A DNA stretch of 60,987 nt, the filler included, from Nemertoderma westbladi (taxonomy: Eukaryota > Animalia > Xenacoelomorpha), in assembly GCA_032718475.1 (NCBI GenBank). It is 3 parts of 3 records of this genome, joined end to end, with 100 filler letters (N's around TTAATTAATTAA, not from the genome) between each part and the next. Parts side by side here need not be neighbours in the genome. Positions count along the whole stretch, not along the records: positions 36,643 to 60,987 come from JAUCBJ010001626.1; 2 more parts are not named here. One strand, written 5' to 3'. Positions 38,098 to 52,461 of the stretch are shown here, piece after piece. Made by a program: the position numbers and the translations under genes. The first letter of the stretch is position 1; each line of letters starts with the position of its first letter. The notes beneath the pieces are model-generated. The model was not told the DNA's origin. It searched no databases and saw only the letters and a list, made by a program, of their open reading frames with translations.

Positions 38098-41000
38098 GTC
38101 TATGTATACCGTTGAATGTCTACTGCTGTATTACAGTCTGAGCAAGTCTAGTAACTCAGTATTAACTGCTAGCCTAGTAATTAATTACCGATACTGCTAC
38201 TCAGTGTAGTAGGATATATATATAATATATTAGAACACCGGTATGCTTATAGTATATATAACTATAAAAGTATTATTACAGAATAGGTTTATCACAGAAT
38301 ACCGGTATAATTTTAGCACAGATATATAGAAATATATAATAGGCCTATCGGGAATACCGGTATACAGCTTACAGTTTGTAGTATATATAATTCTGGACTA
38401 GAATTAATTACAAGTACCGGTATAATTTCAGCCTAAATTTATAGAAATAAAGATAATAGGCCTATCGTAAATACCGGTATATCAATTATTTTAAATAATT
38501 GAATTTCTGAATTTTAGGGTTACTTGGTTACTTTACTTACTTTATTACCGCTATTTGAGCAGTAGACCAACTGATATGGAGACCGAATGGTTGTATGGTA
38601 GGCCTACTATTTATAAATCATTAGATTTGATTTATAATATATATATACCCGTTTTAATGGGTTTTGTCTATGTTTGAAATAAATGTTATTATTTCTGGGG
38701 AGTAATCACTACACAAAGCGGTGCGCTTTCAGTGAAGTGCTACTTATAGGACACTAAAACAAATAATACTACTTTACCTAAGTTACTTAATACTACAAAT
38801 TACGTACAATTCGGGTGAGATTACAATCTCTAAATAAACACAAAAATTTACAAAAACACAAAATACGAATTTTCAGGGTAATTTTACAAGAAGTCTACAA
38901 ACCAGCCTAACAAAGGGTTAGAAATCTGGTTATTACAACGGACAGGGTACTACGGTATTTGAAATAACAAGTAGTAGTAAATACACTGCGCTGTCCAGAT
39001 AGGAAAATACCACCGCCTGACGACCTATAGCCGTATCGCTATAGGTTCTACGTTATGTATCACGGAGTGTTCCTACCTAGAAGTTAATAGAGCTAATCGA
39101 ACGTGCCTATCAACCACTTTACAACACAAATATAATGCCTACACTAATTACTTTCGGAAAGCACTGTACACTAAACCCTAAATTAGGTACGAGTACTTGT
39201 ACAATCAGATAATCAGTAGTTAAAAATACTTGAACAGCTAAAAGAACCACGGCATCTGCTGGAGTGACCGATGCACAAAATCACCAGTCTTTACCTACGC
39301 CAAGCAGCCCGTGTAGTACCGGGGTTAATTTAACTATAGCGGTATGTATAACAAACACAATTACTGTAGGAACAAACTTGGGGAATGAATGTTGCGAATA
39401 ATCGCATAAACTCTGAATAATAAATATTACGCTACGCGTACAAACTACTCAAACAAAATGCAGACCGAACACTGACAGACTACTATCAAGCCTAAACAAA
39501 CTACGGTATATGCAGACTCCGAAATAATTAGGTAGTATGCGTTCTAACCCAGTAGTACGACTTATTCTTTAATTGGGGGTTTACCTTACAGCATTCGCTG
39601 CCCCTACTTCCTAACCGTTCTTTATCGGACAAGTGATCTACACACGCTGCAATCCGTTCAGACCTAATAACAGCCAGACAACAGCTCAGCCTACAAATTG
39701 TCTGTACAATCTGATCAGGCTTACACGCCTTCTGTTCAATACTGGCCTACAAACAAATAAAACTTGACAGAAATAAGTAAAAATCTCAATAAAAAACCAG
39801 GGCTGCAGTCCCTGATTAATTATTAAGGCCTACCGGTATATAACTATCAAAATCGAATAATACTAATGTACTTATACGGGAAGTACCGGTTAGGACAGTT
39901 AGGCCTACGGACCTACAGAAGTACCGGTTCTGGCAGTTGGACCTACGGACCTACGGCAGTACCGGTTCTGGCAGTTGGGCCTACTGACCTACAGATGTAC
40001 CTTTCAGGTTTACCGGTTGACCGGTACTTTCAACTTTATTGCTTACTGCAATAAAGAAGCTATATCCGTTATTGTTCGCGCTTTTAGACCTTTGGCAGTT
40101 TAACCCGCCAAATTATGATGTCTTCTAGATAATAAATCACTTTTAGTCTATGACAAGTATTTAATTCACTACACTAGTCGAAACCAATCTGTGCGCGATC
40201 ATTCACCCGCTGGATATACCCGGGAGATTGGGTTCGACGGCTTAATCTTATTGCTATGTAAGCCTAATGTATTATTTGACTGACAGTATTATGTAATCTC
40301 TGACAATATTATTTACCTTCGGGGAATATTAACAGTTCCTTTAGGACGTGGCGCTCTATCTATATAAACAGAGTTATGACTTAAACTACTCACAACGATA
40401 TGGCTTAGTTATAATTCACATATATAGCGCATTCTTTAGGAAATGCTTTGTTATCAGTCTCACTCATACACAATGCTGCACAATACTGCACACTGATCTG
40501 CCGATCTTCACTGATTTTAGTCACATATAAAAGGAACACGGACCGAATCATGTAGGGTCTATCAAATAACATTAGATTCACTTCAAACCACTTTAACATA
40601 AGTCACAATTGTTATATGTAACCCTTCTCTCTTACCTTCGGTATATCAAGAATATTGGGTTTCGGGGTTATTTATCGTTATTCCAAATATAATAATTCAT
40701 CAACCATATTATGAAGAACTGACAGTAAATAGCAGTATAACAATATAAAAGTATGCACAGGTTGTTTGATTAGGTATGGTATGTTATGTTGTGATAAATG
40801 CAGATAACGGATATATGTCCTTATAATTAAGCCTACTAGTGTAGGACTAAAAACTGAAAACACGGAGGTGCCAAAAGCCGGTTCTTAGGCTCTGGGCAAA
40901 ACATAACACTGAACTACTGAGTTTCTGTATACACCTCCAACACAGAGACAACAAACGCTCTGATTGGTCAACCTGAACAACGAGAGAACAAAGAAACAAA

Positions 41001-41256
41001 GAAACGTCGACGTGGCAATATCAGCTGCTAGCCGTCGTCATGGTAGCGACACTGTTTTCAAGAGTATCGAGCTTTTACGTCACGGAATTACGGATTATGT
41101 CCTCTAAAGTACAAATACAGAAGAAATAGCTTTTATGTCCGCTAAAACACCAGTACAGCAAGGACACGGCCTTTTTATGCCTGGTAAACCAACTACAGAG
41201 TATTTTACGGGAAAAATAAGGAAAAATAACCGGACAATTCAGCAAAAGCTTTTACA
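36643..41256 (-). mobile_element. 5' part of an LTR retrotransposon: ~1.14-kb LTR (40116-41256), PBS-like site, ~2-kb leader, ORF1; truncated by the gap
   Basis: TG...CA bounded segment that interrupts the neighbouring Gypsy integrase ORF; TGG-initiated motif just inside; the same junction is repeated at 1-53. Confidence 0.65.
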
Positions 41257-44200
41257 CATTGTTGTGGTGTGATTTCTATGGCAGGAACTACATTATTATT
41301 TTTATCAAAATCACATTTCTGTTTAATCTTGTTATTCTTCCTTCGTTTCTCAACAGTTATCCATTGGTCAGAAGAAATTGGAGTAAAAGATTCTGCTATT
41401 GCAGGTAAACAGGTGTTTATTCGACGACCAAACATTAAAGTAGCTGGAGCTACACCGGTTGAAGAATGTTGAGATGCAGCTAATTCCATAAACCCTTGAG
41501 CGAATTCATCTGAATGAAAGTCGCCATCAACTCGTTCTAATAATAACTTGACCTTTTTCACTGCGGCTTCTGCAGATCCATTGCTTTGGGGAAATTTTGG
41601 CGAACTAGGGCACCAATGGATTGACCAAGTTTTGAACCAAATCATCATTTCTTCTGATGAAAAACAAGTTTGACCATCAGATCTGATTACTTGAGTTATT
41701 CCATACTCCATGAATAATGCGCGAAGTAGTTTTTTTATATATGATGATGATGTTGACTCATCGCAAAGGCGAATCCACAAGAATCCTGTTAACTCATCAA
41801 CAATTATGAGAAATTCCTGGCCCCCATACTTTGCAAAGTCCGTGCACAATACCTCCATTGGCCTTGTTGCACAAGGATAGGGAGTGAGTGGTTCAGCCGG
41901 AAGTGCTGGTCTAGATCTCTGACATGCATGACACTCATTCACCACTCGTTCAACGTCATCTCCAAGTCCAGGCCAATAGAAAAGTTCTCGTGCTCTAGCT
42001 TTCATCTTCTCTATTCCTGTGTGTGACTTGTGTAATTTACTCAATAATTCTGGTATTAATAATTGAGGAGGTATAAGCCGCTGGTTTCTGAGGATAACTC
42101 CATCATTTCAAACTGTTAACTCATGTTTTATCTTTTTAAATTTTCTTGAATAATTGGTTTTTGAGAAATCGCCGGTATTTAATGCTACTATCAGTGATTG
42201 GTAATCCTGGTCTTCCATAGCCTTTGATCGTACCTGATCTAATCCTCTGTTGGGTATAAACTCTTTAACTGCTTCAGTCACGACTGCTGCACAAATGGTT
42301 GCAAACTGATCAATATCAGTATTATCATCTTCATCTGGAGGTGAACAAGGGTATCGAGATAATGCGTCTGCCACATTATTTTCTTATCCTTTTTTCCACT
42401 CAACTGTAAAATTAAATCCAGTGAGTTTTGTTCGCCAATTTAGTATTCTTTTATTTTCTATCTCTGCAAGACTTTGTATATTGAAAATTGTCGTCAGTGC
42501 TCGGTGATCGGTTTGGATTGTGAAATGTGGACATCCCTCAACGTATATTTTAGTTTTGTTAATGGCCCAGTAGATTGCCAATGTTTCAAGTTCTACTGCT
42601 GCATAATTTTCTTCTGCCGATCGTAACATGCGGCTGCCACATTGAAGTAGTGTCCGTGGTTCATTCAACTCCCCCTCCTGGAAGAGAGCAAATCCAAGTC
42701 CACAAGTACTTGCATCTGTTTCTAAGATGAGATGTTTACCTCGTTCAAACATTCCGAGAATAGGTGGTGACAATAAAATATCCTTTGTTTTTCCCATTGC
42801 CTCAGAGTGTTCTTGTAACCAATGAAATGTGTTACGAGTTTGTAATATATTTCGGAATGGGGTCATTGTTTGTGCTAAATTTGGAATAAATGATGCCATC
42901 TGGTTGGCTAAACCAACAAATGAGCGTAAGTCTGTTCTTGTCTTTGGAATAGGAAATGACCTAATAGCTTCCACTTTACGTGAATCAGCTGTAATATGTC
43001 CAGCTGATATATGATAGCCAACAAAGTCAATTTGTTCTGTCGCCAATACACTCTTTGTAGAACTAATTGTGAACCCATGTTTCACACAACGTTCTAGAAC
43101 TTCTGCCACATTTAGAACAAGTTCAGGTAATGTCTCCTTTCCAATAGCAATATCATCCATGACTTTCGATAAGTCATCAATGCCATTGAGTGCCACATCC
43201 CCACGGAATGAAAAGGCATCTCCAGTGCTGGAAAAACCCATGGGACTACGTAAAAAGCGAAATTTACCTTTATTTGTTAGAAAAACGGTTATCCAGGAAC
43301 TTTCATTATCGAGCTCCATTTGCCAATATCCTTTTACAAGATCTATTTTAGCAAAGAATCGGTGGTTCCGTTGAAACACATTCACAGCCTCCACAGGTGT
43401 GGGAACTCTATGGATAGTGCGATCTATCTGATCATTGAGTTTCTTCAGGTCAACACAAATACGGACATCTCCTGATGGTTTGCCAACAACCACCAGTGGG
43501 TGACACCATGGTGTTGGTGTATCCCCAACAGGTGTGATGATTCCGCGATTCAACATATAATTTAAGGCTTCATCAACCTTTTCCTTCAAATGAATTGGGA
43601 TTGGTCGTGCTGCTGTAATGGCACTTGGAGTAGCATCTTCCTTGAGAAAAAAATGCATTGGTTCTCCAACTACTCCACCCTTCATCGTCTTTAATGTGGT
43701 GGAGTCATCAAAACACTCAGCATAGATTTCCTTCAATTTGAAATCCACCTTCTTCAAAGCTCTTGCTTTTGGTAGACCTTCTAATGATGCAGCCCATGCC
43801 TTCCTTTCTTCTATTGCCCAAACCGGATTATCTGAGACCTCAGCCCCATTTAGATTAATTTCTGTCATATTATTTTGTTCAATTGTAGAGAATTCTGGAC
43901 ATTGGGATACCATACAATGTTTTTGATCAACATGTGATATTGATTGTATTTTCATTGGTAATGGGAATTCATGGGACTACAGGTCCGCCCTCTATGTATT
44001 TGATATTCACATCAAAAATACCTGCTTGAATGACCTCCCTTTGTCCAATTGAAACTATTTTGAATAAAGGTGCTCGTAAGTTTGATTCTGAGTAATATTT
44101 TTCAAAAATATCATAACCCATGATACAAGCACCAGCTCCAGTGTTGGGTACAGCTAAAATTTCAGATGTCTGACCAAACTCTGACTCCACTTGTACTGGG

Positions 44201-45630
44201 AGTGTTGGTTGTTTTACCGGTGATGTAACTATTGTATTGAAAAATACAGTTGCTGATGAGGCCTGTACCGACTCTCTACAACGTGCAGCAAAGTGACCCG
44301 TTTTTCCACAAACCAAACATTGTTTGTTTTTTGCTGGACAGATTTTACCAGTTGCATGTCCATTTGGTGATCCACAATTTGTACAGGATATCGAATATTT
44401 TTTCTCATCCTTCTTGTCATCTTTCTTAACCCATTTATTCTTTTGGTATGTGGTTTGTCTGGTTGCTGCAGCTGGAATTTCTTCTGTCGCTGCTGCGACA
44501 TATGATGATGCACCAGTGCTTGTCAGCTCATGGGCTCCTTTCTTTGTTGTTTCCAAAGTATCAAGGAATGTCCAGGCTTCCTCATAGGATTTCGGTTTTT
44601 CCACAAAAAGTTTCTGGACAACTTCTTCTTCACGAATTGCAACAACAAGTATTGTTGTTAAGATTATATCATATGTCACATTTCTGGCATCAGCTAAATC
44701 CGCCAAATTCGCTATGTTATTGCGTAAAGATGTGAATGACATTCCAGCTGATTGTTTCACTGTTAAAAGGTTTCTCCAATCAACAAACTGGTTTCTTTTA
44801 TTCCTTAAATAGCGGTTTATATCCTCAATAACGTCATCCACATCCTTTGCAGTGTTCATTTTCACGCCAATAGATTGGCGGATGGTGTCAAGGAAGGAAC
44901 CTGAACATGAATCCCAGAATGCCGCCAATCTTGTTGGTCGATCTACTTGATCTAGGCCTAACATTTTGGCGTAATTGTTCCAAAATTCGAGCCATTTTGT
45001 GAATGCTGCAAAGTCGATATCAGATTCCAGTAAAGGAGGTTGTCTTGGGGGAAATTTTGGGCATTCAGCCCTAATTGCAGGTTGTGCTACCTGTAGTTGA
45101 GGTATATTATCCCTCGCCACTGCAGCATTTTTCATTTCTTCATATTCAACTTTAAGGATTTTAAACCTGCGTTCTAGGTCGACAACAGCGATAAATAGAT
45201 CATCAAAATTCTTATGAATATCAGTCTTCATGCATTCAGCATGACTACGTATCTTGTTTTCAATGTCTTCGAATGTTGACCGACCACCTTGTCGTTAATC
45301 TAAGAACATCATTCTCCAAAGCTGCTGGGCGAGATCGCTCCCCCGGTGGGATGATCTCATAGTCTTCGAAAGATTTTTCGGCTACTCGTCGGGCCCGCGT
45401 AAAATTCCGTTGAGCTGTTGAACGGCTTCTCTTTAATTGAGATAGCTCATCCATTTTTAAAGCTTATTTACACTGCGCCAAGTAACATATTTGCAATACT
45501 GCAATATCAAAGATTGACAGTTTATATTAGTGTGTATATAATTATCATTAGGCTACTAGGCCAAGTGATAGTACAGTCACAAATCGTTATTAATACCGCA
45601 GTACATAGTTAGAATACCTAAAGTATTACA
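41257..45630 (-). mobile_element. Degenerate Ty3/Gypsy (Mag-like) retrotransposon, 5' LTR ~45481-45630, 3' end interrupted
   Basis: PBS TGGCGCAG (45471-45480); gag with two Cys/His knuckles; protease site VPNTGA (D to N); RT KIDLVKGYWQ, VMDD; RNase H ETDAS; integrase HTG..C..CQ, IRSDG, SNGSAE; two frameshifts and two in-frame stops. Confidence 0.92.
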
Positions 45631-45959
45631 TATTCAAATTTCCCTCCACCTCATTAATCCATAAATCTACTACACTGTCTTACTCGGGTAAATTGGTTAT
45701 CGCAAATTTGCGGGATTTCCGGCATCGGGACCGGGATTATCACTCTCGGGATCCCGTCTGCGTAAAACTTAACTATAAATAAACTTCAATAAACACTATA
45801 TTACGTAACTAACGGTCAACAGTCAAATTATTCATAAACCACAATATTACTTACAAAATAATAAACTATCTTAATTCAATTTAATACGATGCAGAGAGGT
45901 TCCAACCACGAGGACTATAACAGTCTACAGTACGAAACCAAGACTTCTCCATTTGGCTG

Positions 45960-46200
45960 AATACATATACCTTGCCTGTTTTGGCAAGTATATAAATATA
46001 CCTTGCCTGTTTTGGCAAGTATGTAAATACACCTTGCCTGTTTTGGCAAGTATATAAATACACCTTGCCTGTTTTTGCTAGTATATATATATACCTTGCC
46101 TGTTTTGGCAAGTATGTAAATGTGCCTTGCCTGTTTTGGCAAGTATATAAATACACCTTGCCTGTTTTGGCAAGTATTTAAATATGTATTGCCTGTTCTG
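45960..46200. repeat. 31-bp minisatellite with internal palindrome CTTGCC-TGTTTT-GGCAAG, ~7-8 copies
   Basis: Tandem units visible directly. Confidence 0.9.
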
Positions 46201-46740
46201 GTAAGTATTTGAATTTGATAGAGTATATTATAAATATGATGGAAACTTCCTGTAAGTTTCACGTGTAAGACAAATGTTGAATAAATTATAAAACAAAATA
46301 TTATTTTATGGCTTTTTCCCTGGAGCAAAGAGTAAAGGAGGAGGACGCAGGAGGAGTAAACGAAATGTAATATGTCCTCTACTTAAAGTAATTGAATTGC
46401 CGTACTACTGTAATGAGAATTTCAAAGATTTTTGAGTCAAATTTTAATAATATCTTGAAACAGGAAATGTCTACAAGGTAGGCCTACATCCTAAATTTGC
46501 ATAGAGGATAAAACAAGCAGGAAACGAGCTGTATCAACAAATCAGGCTGATAATATAACAAGTATTATCAAGTCAAGTCAAGTTTGTCAAGTCAAGTGAT
46601 GTCAAGTCAGTATGTCAAGTCGTATGGCGCCAAGTCAAACTACTATCAAGTCACGTGATGTCAATCAAGGCATTAATTATGAAGTGATGTCAAGTCCAAT
46701 GATGTCAAGTCAAGTGTCATAAAACCAAGTGATATCAAGT

Positions 46741-49700
46741 TGATGTAATAATACCGGTTACCTTTCTGTAGGTTATAATAAACTAAAAAAACAAAGACTG
46801 ACTGATCAGATTACCGGTAGTAAACACCAGTAGCCTGAACCTAGGCCTAGCACATAATATCAATATATGACAATCACCCATCACCAAAATTCAAACATAA
46901 AATTACTCCTCTCTGTCAGTTAGGGTTCCAATCATCCCTTTAAACTTAATAATGTCGAAATTAATATCTCAAACACCCGTCACCATAATTATATTTGAAA
47001 TTTATTATTATTGAATTATTATTAAATTCTTTCTATCTCATAATTAAGGTCTATACCAATCCGGGGGATTTCTCACTCGTTGCGATCTCCTCACCAATGT
47101 ACTTGGTTCAGGCAGTGCTGTACCAATTTCAATGTTTGAACTACTTGGACTTGACCCTGTTTGATGAATAAGGTTACTTTCAATTACGTTGCGATCAGGT
47201 TGAGAACAGTCTGATCTTCCTCTACGAGGAACTTCCTCCTGCTGAGAAACAACCATGCGACTGTTGTTTACAGTGTTGGTGTTGTTGAAAGGGTTTTCAA
47301 CATTTAAGTCGTTCAGCTTATCTTCATCACCAGTAACAGTACCGGGAGATGCTAGTTGTCGAATAGAAACTGTGGTTTCCTTCCCACTCGGTAAACGAAC
47401 ATGAGCATAGTTTGGGTTTGCTTCTAGGAGTTCGACTTCATCAACTAAAGGATCATACTTGCTTTTCCGTACATTCCGTTTCATTAGAACAATACCTGGC
47501 TCAGTTAACCAGTTGGGCAGCGTATATCCACTCATTGAGCGTCTTCGATAATTAAAGAAACGTTCGTGTGGAGTTGCATTGGTGGATGTACACAATAAGG
47601 ATCGAACAGAATGCAAAGCTTCGTGTAGAACAACCTCCCATTGATTGATGCTTAAGCCTTTTGATTTCAGAGCCAATGAAATAGCTCTCCAGACAATGCC
47701 ATTGTATCGTTCACATTGCCCATTTCCTTGAGGGTTGTATGATGTGGTACGACTAGTGGCAATACCACGTGAGTGTAGATATGAGCGCAGTTCATTAGAT
47801 ATAAAACCGCTACCCCTATCGGAATGTACAAAAGCAGGCATGCCGAAAAATAATGCTAAATAATTGAGTGAAGCACGATATTACTGTAGCTGTAGAGACA
47901 TCGGGGCAAGCAAAAACAAATGGAAATCGTGAAAACTCGTCAATAATTGTTAACATGTATTTATTTTGAGAATTTGATGGTAAAGGTCCCTTGAAATCAA
48001 TGTTTAAACGTTCAAATGGCTGGGTAGACTTAATAAGGTTTGCATCGGTAGGCTTGTAGAAGTTTGGTTTCAGTTCTGCACAAGTGCGACAAGATGAACA
48101 CACTTTCTTGACTTCTTCTATAGAGTAAGGTAAGTTTTTTGAACGTATAAAATGGATCATTCGCGTTATACCAGGGTGACACAAGGCTTCATGTAATTCT
48201 GGGAGACTGTGGAAGGGCGTAGAAGATGCGTTGCAATTGGAAACTCTCGACAATGCGTCGGCAGGTAAATTTAATTTCCCAGGTCTGTATACAATATCAT
48301 ACGAGAATGAGGAAAGTTCGACGCGCCAGCGCATAATTTTATCGTTTTTAATCTTGCCGAGTTTTTGTTTATCGTACATGAAACAAACGGATCGCTGATC
48401 TGTGATAAGTGAAAAATGTCTACCAATTAAATAGTGTCGCCATTTGCGTAGAGCTTCAACTATAGCTTGTGCTTCATTTTCAACCGAAGAATGACGAAGT
48501 TCACTTTGTGTCAACATTCGCGAAAAAAAAGCAACTGGCTTGCCATCTTGATTCAGAGTAGCAGAAATTGCGAAGTCAGACGCATCCGTCTCGACCACAA
48601 AAGGAATAGTTTCGTCAATGAAACTCACTATTGAGTTTTCAATATCTTTCTTGATTAATTCAAACGCAGATACACATTCTTGGCTTAGTGGAAAAGCCCT
48701 TGAATTTACCAGTGGTCGAATTTTATCGGAGTAATGAGATATCCATTGTGAGTAAGAAGAAAACATTCCCATTGCTCTACGTAGTGAAGCTGTGTTGTTG
48801 GGAACCGGAAGTTCTTTCAGCGGTTTTAACCGATCTGGATCGGGAGCAATGGTTCCTTCTGAAATTCGAAAGCCCAAAAAGTCGAAAGAAGTAACTGAAA
48901 AGACAGATTTACTGGCATTAAACGTAAACCCGACCCCCTTCGCAGCAGCTAAAAATGTTTCTAAATTGAAATCATGTTCCTCCTGCTAATTTCCACATAT
49001 TACAACATTATCGAGCCAAACGAATGTATCTTTCAGTTTATTTTGAGCAACAAACTCGTTAATTGATCTTTGAAACTGCGCCACTGCATTGGTTAGTCCA
49101 AAAGGCATACGATTGAATTGATAAAGTTGACCGTTAGCTTCGAATGCAGTATATACTTTGTCTTCCTCCGGTAAAAGAATTTGATGGTAAGCGCTCTTTA
49201 GATCGAGTTGGCTGAAAATCTTGTAGCCAGCCACTTTGTTAACCAAATCTCTCATATTTGGCAAGGGGTATGCGTCTAGTTGGGTGAATCTGTTAATTGT
49301 TTGGGAGTAATCGATGCACATTCGCTTTTTACCGTCGCTTTTGGTGTCGATAACTATCTGTGAACGCCAAGGTGAAATACTAGGTTCAATGATATTCTCA
49401 GACAACAGGCGTTCAATTTCTGATTGAATGTAAACCTGGTCTGGCTGAGAAAATCTTCTGGATTTTGTCGCAATGGGTTTACAGTCTGGAGTAAGGAATG
49501 AAAACAATGTAGGCGGGGTAAGTGTGGAAGCAGCAACACCACAAATATTTAGAGTTGGTTGTTCACCTCCAAACTGTATTTCAACAGCATGATGTTGTTT
49601 TAAGAAATCTTTTCCAAGTATCACATCCTCACATAAGTTTGGAAGAACGAGTAGGCAGACTTTCTTGTAATGCCTGTTTGATAAAGAAATATCTTCTATA

Positions 49701-50989
49701 CAACAGCCAGTAATCGAAGATGTGGACGAGTCCGCCATCTTTACTGTACCAGTTGAAGGGAAGACAGTTAAGTTTTGGTTTCTGACTAATTTTTCGCCAA
49801 TATAGCTATATACACTTCCAGTATCTATCAAACCATTAAATTGTTTGTCTTTTATTAGAACTGATATCACCGTTTTATCAGGCCTATGACAAATCTGCTT
49901 AGTACCAGTAGTGGCTAGATATCCAAGATTATTAGTACTAGTAGATACGGCCGCATCAAACATCGCAGCTGTTGTTGACGACGAGGAAAATTTTGCGCTC
50001 TGACAAACTTTAGCAAAATGGCCTCGTTTTCCACACTTACTACAGGTTACCTCGCGAGCTGGACAGTTTATCCGTGAATGTCGATTGTTGCCACAGAAGA
50101 AACATTTCTGATTTGAAACAGGAGTGCTCATGTTTGTTGTAGACTTCGGTCGCGTTGTGTTTGAACTGGAGTTAATCTGATTAGTACCGGTAGTAGCAGC
50201 TACTAAAGGTTCTGTACCGGTTGTCAATACTGCTACCGGTGTTTGATTCGGGTTCAGAGAATCACCTTGCTCGTATTGTGCACTGTTCTTCTGAGCATTG
50301 TCTAGGGTGCGCGCCTGATTATAGGCAGAATCGAGATCGAGCTTCTCATTTTCAAGTAACCGTTGGCGAATAGTAGGCGATGAAAGCCCAGCAATGAAAG
50401 CATCCCGCACAGATTCTTCTTTGTGCTGCTCAGCCGTCACGGCCCTATAATTGCAGTCTTTACTTAACGTTCGCAAGTTCTGAAGGAATTCATCGAGTGA
50501 TTGGGATGATAGTTGTTTGTGGGTGTTTAGTTTGTGCCTCGCATAAACTTCATTCTTAGGTTTTACGAATATTTTCTCCAGTTTGTTGATTGCGGTTTCA
50601 AATGTTGTACATTCTGATACATACTCAAAGACAGAAGGTGTCAAATAGTTAATAAGCGTGTTCAGCTTGTTTGGTTGCAATAGCTCGACTGCCTGTATGA
50701 AGTTGTCGAAGGTGCGACGCCAATGTAGCCATTCTTTAGCCGCGTTTGGTGTATTTGGGTTTCCGTCAAACCTCTCTGGTTTTAGGAACTTCTCCATTGA
50801 ATATCTTAATGCAGTTTTATAAGGCTTTATTCCATATTCAATTTTAGTTTATTAAATTGATGTAATAATACCGGTTACCTTTCTGTAGGTTATAATAAAC
50901 TAAAAAAACAAAGACTGACTGATCAGATTACCGGTAGTAAACACCAGTAGCCTGAACCTAGGCCTAGCACATAATATCAATATATGACA
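46741..50989 (-). mobile_element. Full-length Ty3/Gypsy retrotransposon with identical 132-bp LTRs
   Basis: LTRs 46741-46872 and 50858-50989 (TG..CA); 5-bp TSD CAAGT; gag with CCHC knuckles, protease LIDTGS, RT DLKSAYHQ and WLDN, RNase H ETDAS, integrase DFKGP, SDRG, GNGQCE; stop at 48986-48988 and frameshift near 47850. Confidence 0.96.
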
Positions 50990-52184
50990 CAAGTCAAATA
51001 ATTTAAATTGATAAAAAGTGTTGTAAAGTCAAGTGAAGTCATATAGCATCATGATAAATGACCATGATGTCTGTCACGGTTTTCTAATTATTGAAATGGC
51101 TTCCATCAATTTGTTTCACCCACTGCATCGTACCCATCTTGTGAAATTCCACCATAAGAGGCAGGCAAAGAATCGCAAGTTTTCTTTGTTTTAGCTTTTC
51201 CAAGGCTCGTCATTGTTAAAATTGATTTCTAATATTAAGGGGACCATTATCTGATATTCATGATTCTGTATATAAAACAAGATTTTTCACAATTTCTCAA
51301 TTTTGACAATTTCCACGGTCAATTTTTTTATTATTTTGTCCAAAAAGTTTGAGTCTACTCTATATACAGTATAGCATCTCTATATATATATATATAGCTG
51401 CAAACTCAAAATATTATAAGTAAAAAATGTCAAACTGAAAAATGTTGTGTTTGGTTTGATAATTCTAAAGGTATACGGGTTTTCGATGTCGCTGAACAGG
51501 ATGACACTAGTTATAAATATTTCTGGTATGTGCATGTGCAAATCCCATTTTGGTGCCATTCAAGTGCCCCAAAACGAAAACTACAAGTAGCACAAAATTA
51601 TAAAGTGTTAAATTTTGAATTTGGTTAGAAATATCTATACTGGTTTTCAAAGTCGCTGATTACTACGATATAACTCGTAAAAAATCATTCGTGCTAACGC
51701 AACTATCATTTTTGCTGTTTGTCTGGTGGAACGGATAAATACGGATACTAGAAATATCCCAGGTATCGAAAGTATTAATTGCTATTGCTAAAGGTAAAAT
51801 AGGAGTCCATAAGGGAAAAACATTTTCCGATATTGATATTGAATTAAGTGATGTTTTATCAGATGATGGTTATCAGATGACAGGTTATGCCTTTCTGACT
51901 AAAAATTCTGAAATTGACTTTCTCACATTGCGAAGTTCTATTTATCCTTCGCAGCTAATTAGTTAGCCATAGCCATTCCTGGCAAATCTGAAATACGAAT
52001 AAGGCTAAATATTAGGCTGATTAAGCGAACAAGAGTTCGTGCTCTTCTATTTAATTTATAGAATTACTATTTATTGTATTTTAGGTGGTAGCAGCAGCGG
52101 GGGACTAATACCTCCAGGTAAATTATAAATATCACGCGTAATTATATCCGTAGCTGTTCCCATAGTTGGTAGGTGCTAAAATGC

Positions 52185-52445
52185 ACAACGAGCAACAATG
52201 ACCAACAGCGAGCAACAATGAGCAGCAATGAGCAATAACAAGCAATAATGAAGTACAAGAACGAGCAACAATGAGCAACAACGAACAACTACGAGCAACA
52301 ATGAGCAGCAACAAGCAATAATAAAGTACAAGAACGAGCAACAATGAGCAACAACGAACAACAATGAGCAACAACGAACAACAATGAGCAACAATGAGCA
52401 ACAACAAGCAATAATAAAGTACAAGAACGAGCAACAATGAGCAAC
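52185..52445. repeat. Low-complexity (GAGCAACAAT)n-type repeat
   Basis: Visible 10-mer-based tandem units. Confidence 0.85.
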
Positions 52446-52461
52446 GTAATGCAATGTAATG

